From contig MU053934.1 of assembly GCA_013239625.1 (NCBI GenBank), positions 9,507,352-9,571,351 on the forward strand: DNA of 64,000 bases, given 5' to 3'. Position numbers and translations under genes: made by a program. Shown here piece by piece: positions 63,688-64,000 of the stretch. Below the pieces are notes generated by a model that did not search any database, was not told the DNA's origin, and saw nothing but the letters and a program-made list of their open reading frames with translations. How positions within the stretch are numbered: the stretch's first letter is position 1; each line of letters opens with the position of its first letter. This DNA comes from Lama guanicoe. Lineage: Eukaryota.

Positions 63688-63761
63688 GGGTGAGGTAGTA
63701 GGTTGTATAGTTTGGGGCCCTGCCCTGCTATGGGATAACTATGCAACCTACTGTCTTTCCT
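63688..63761 (+). ncRNA. MIRLET7A3: let-7a-3 precursor miRNA (mature let-7a-5p 63691-63712; 3p arm ~63739-63759)
   Basis: Exact let-7a-5p TGAGGTAGTAGGTTGTATAGTT. The loop TGGGGCCCTGCCCTGCTATGGGATAA is characteristic of the let-7a-3 paralogue. The 3p arm CTATGCAACCTACTGTCTTTC is complementary. Lower stem ACGGCC (63677-82) pairs with GGCCGT (63767-72), and a CNNC motif (CGAC, 63778-81) lies ~18 nt after the 3' cut. Confidence 0.97.
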
Positions 63762-63844
63762 GAAGTGGCCGTAATGCCGACAGCGGACGGCGCCAGGGCC
63801 CGGCTGGGCGGGGCCGGGTGCACAGTGGCTGCCATGAAGTAAGA

Positions 63845-63940
63845 AATCTGACTGGCCTGGATTCCCACTTGCTGTGTGGCCTGGGGCAGGTTCCCTGACC
63901 TCTCTGGGCTTCAGTTTCCTGATCTGTGAAATAGGACAAG
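63845..63940 (+). mobile_element. MIR SINE just downstream of let-7a-3
   Basis: GCTGTGTGGCCTGGGGCAGGTTCCCTGACCTCTCTGGGCTTCAGTTTCCTGATCTGTGAAATAGG. Confidence 0.7.
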
Positions 63941-64000
63941 TGAGGCTTGAGGGAAATACTGGGTGAAGTATCCCAGGAGGGCAGGGCTCAGAGTTGACCT

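Larger units (their letters stand above)
9200..64000 (+). ncRNA. MIRLET7BHG: Probable let-7a-3/let-7b host lncRNA (MIRLET7BHG-like); boundaries and isoforms approximate, runs off the right edge
   Basis: Inferred from synteny (PRR34-like island ~54 kb upstream of let-7a-3), several CpG islands with + strand splice donors, and the absence of coding genes. There is no transcript evidence here. Confidence 0.55.

Noticed and set aside
63762..64000. let-7b hairpin
   Set aside because: TGAGGTAGTAGGTTGTGTGGTT is not in the window; it is expected just beyond the right edge.
1..64000. CRISPR arrays, operons or other prokaryotic systems
   Set aside because: The sequence is mammalian, and there is no repeat-spacer periodicity or gene-dense coding structure.

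Overview
This is mammalian, almost certainly camelid, non-coding DNA: two tRNA-derived Vic-1-type SINEs and an artiodactyl-type L1 3' end point to that lineage. I find no credible protein-coding gene; the ORF track is dominated by GC-driven, low-complexity frames. The anchor is a let-7a-3 pre-miRNA at 63688-63761 (+). The window is therefore the upstream/host region of the let-7a-3~let-7b cluster (human MIRLET7BHG / PRR34-AS1 / PRR34, between WNT7B and PPARA), and let-7b should lie just beyond the right edge. Six CpG islands (about 3, 9, 17, 27, 36 and 56 kb) precede the hairpin, and five contain a strong + strand splice donor, consistent with serial alternative first exons of the pri-let-7 transcript. 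The 9 kb island carries, on the minus strand, what I recall as the human PRR34 peptide, here broken across three frames. Other notable items are two structure-preserving substitutions in the let-7a-3 3p arm, a seed/anti-seed palindrome at a splice acceptor just upstream of the hairpin, a cluster of perfect 16-bp and 13-bp palindromes beside a SINE, paired YY1 sites and repeated PBX-HOX + kB modules. A 202-nt assembly gap lies in the 27 kb island. Orthology and repeat-family names come from memory, not from a search. I do not see a demonstrably new biological system; the findings are leads.
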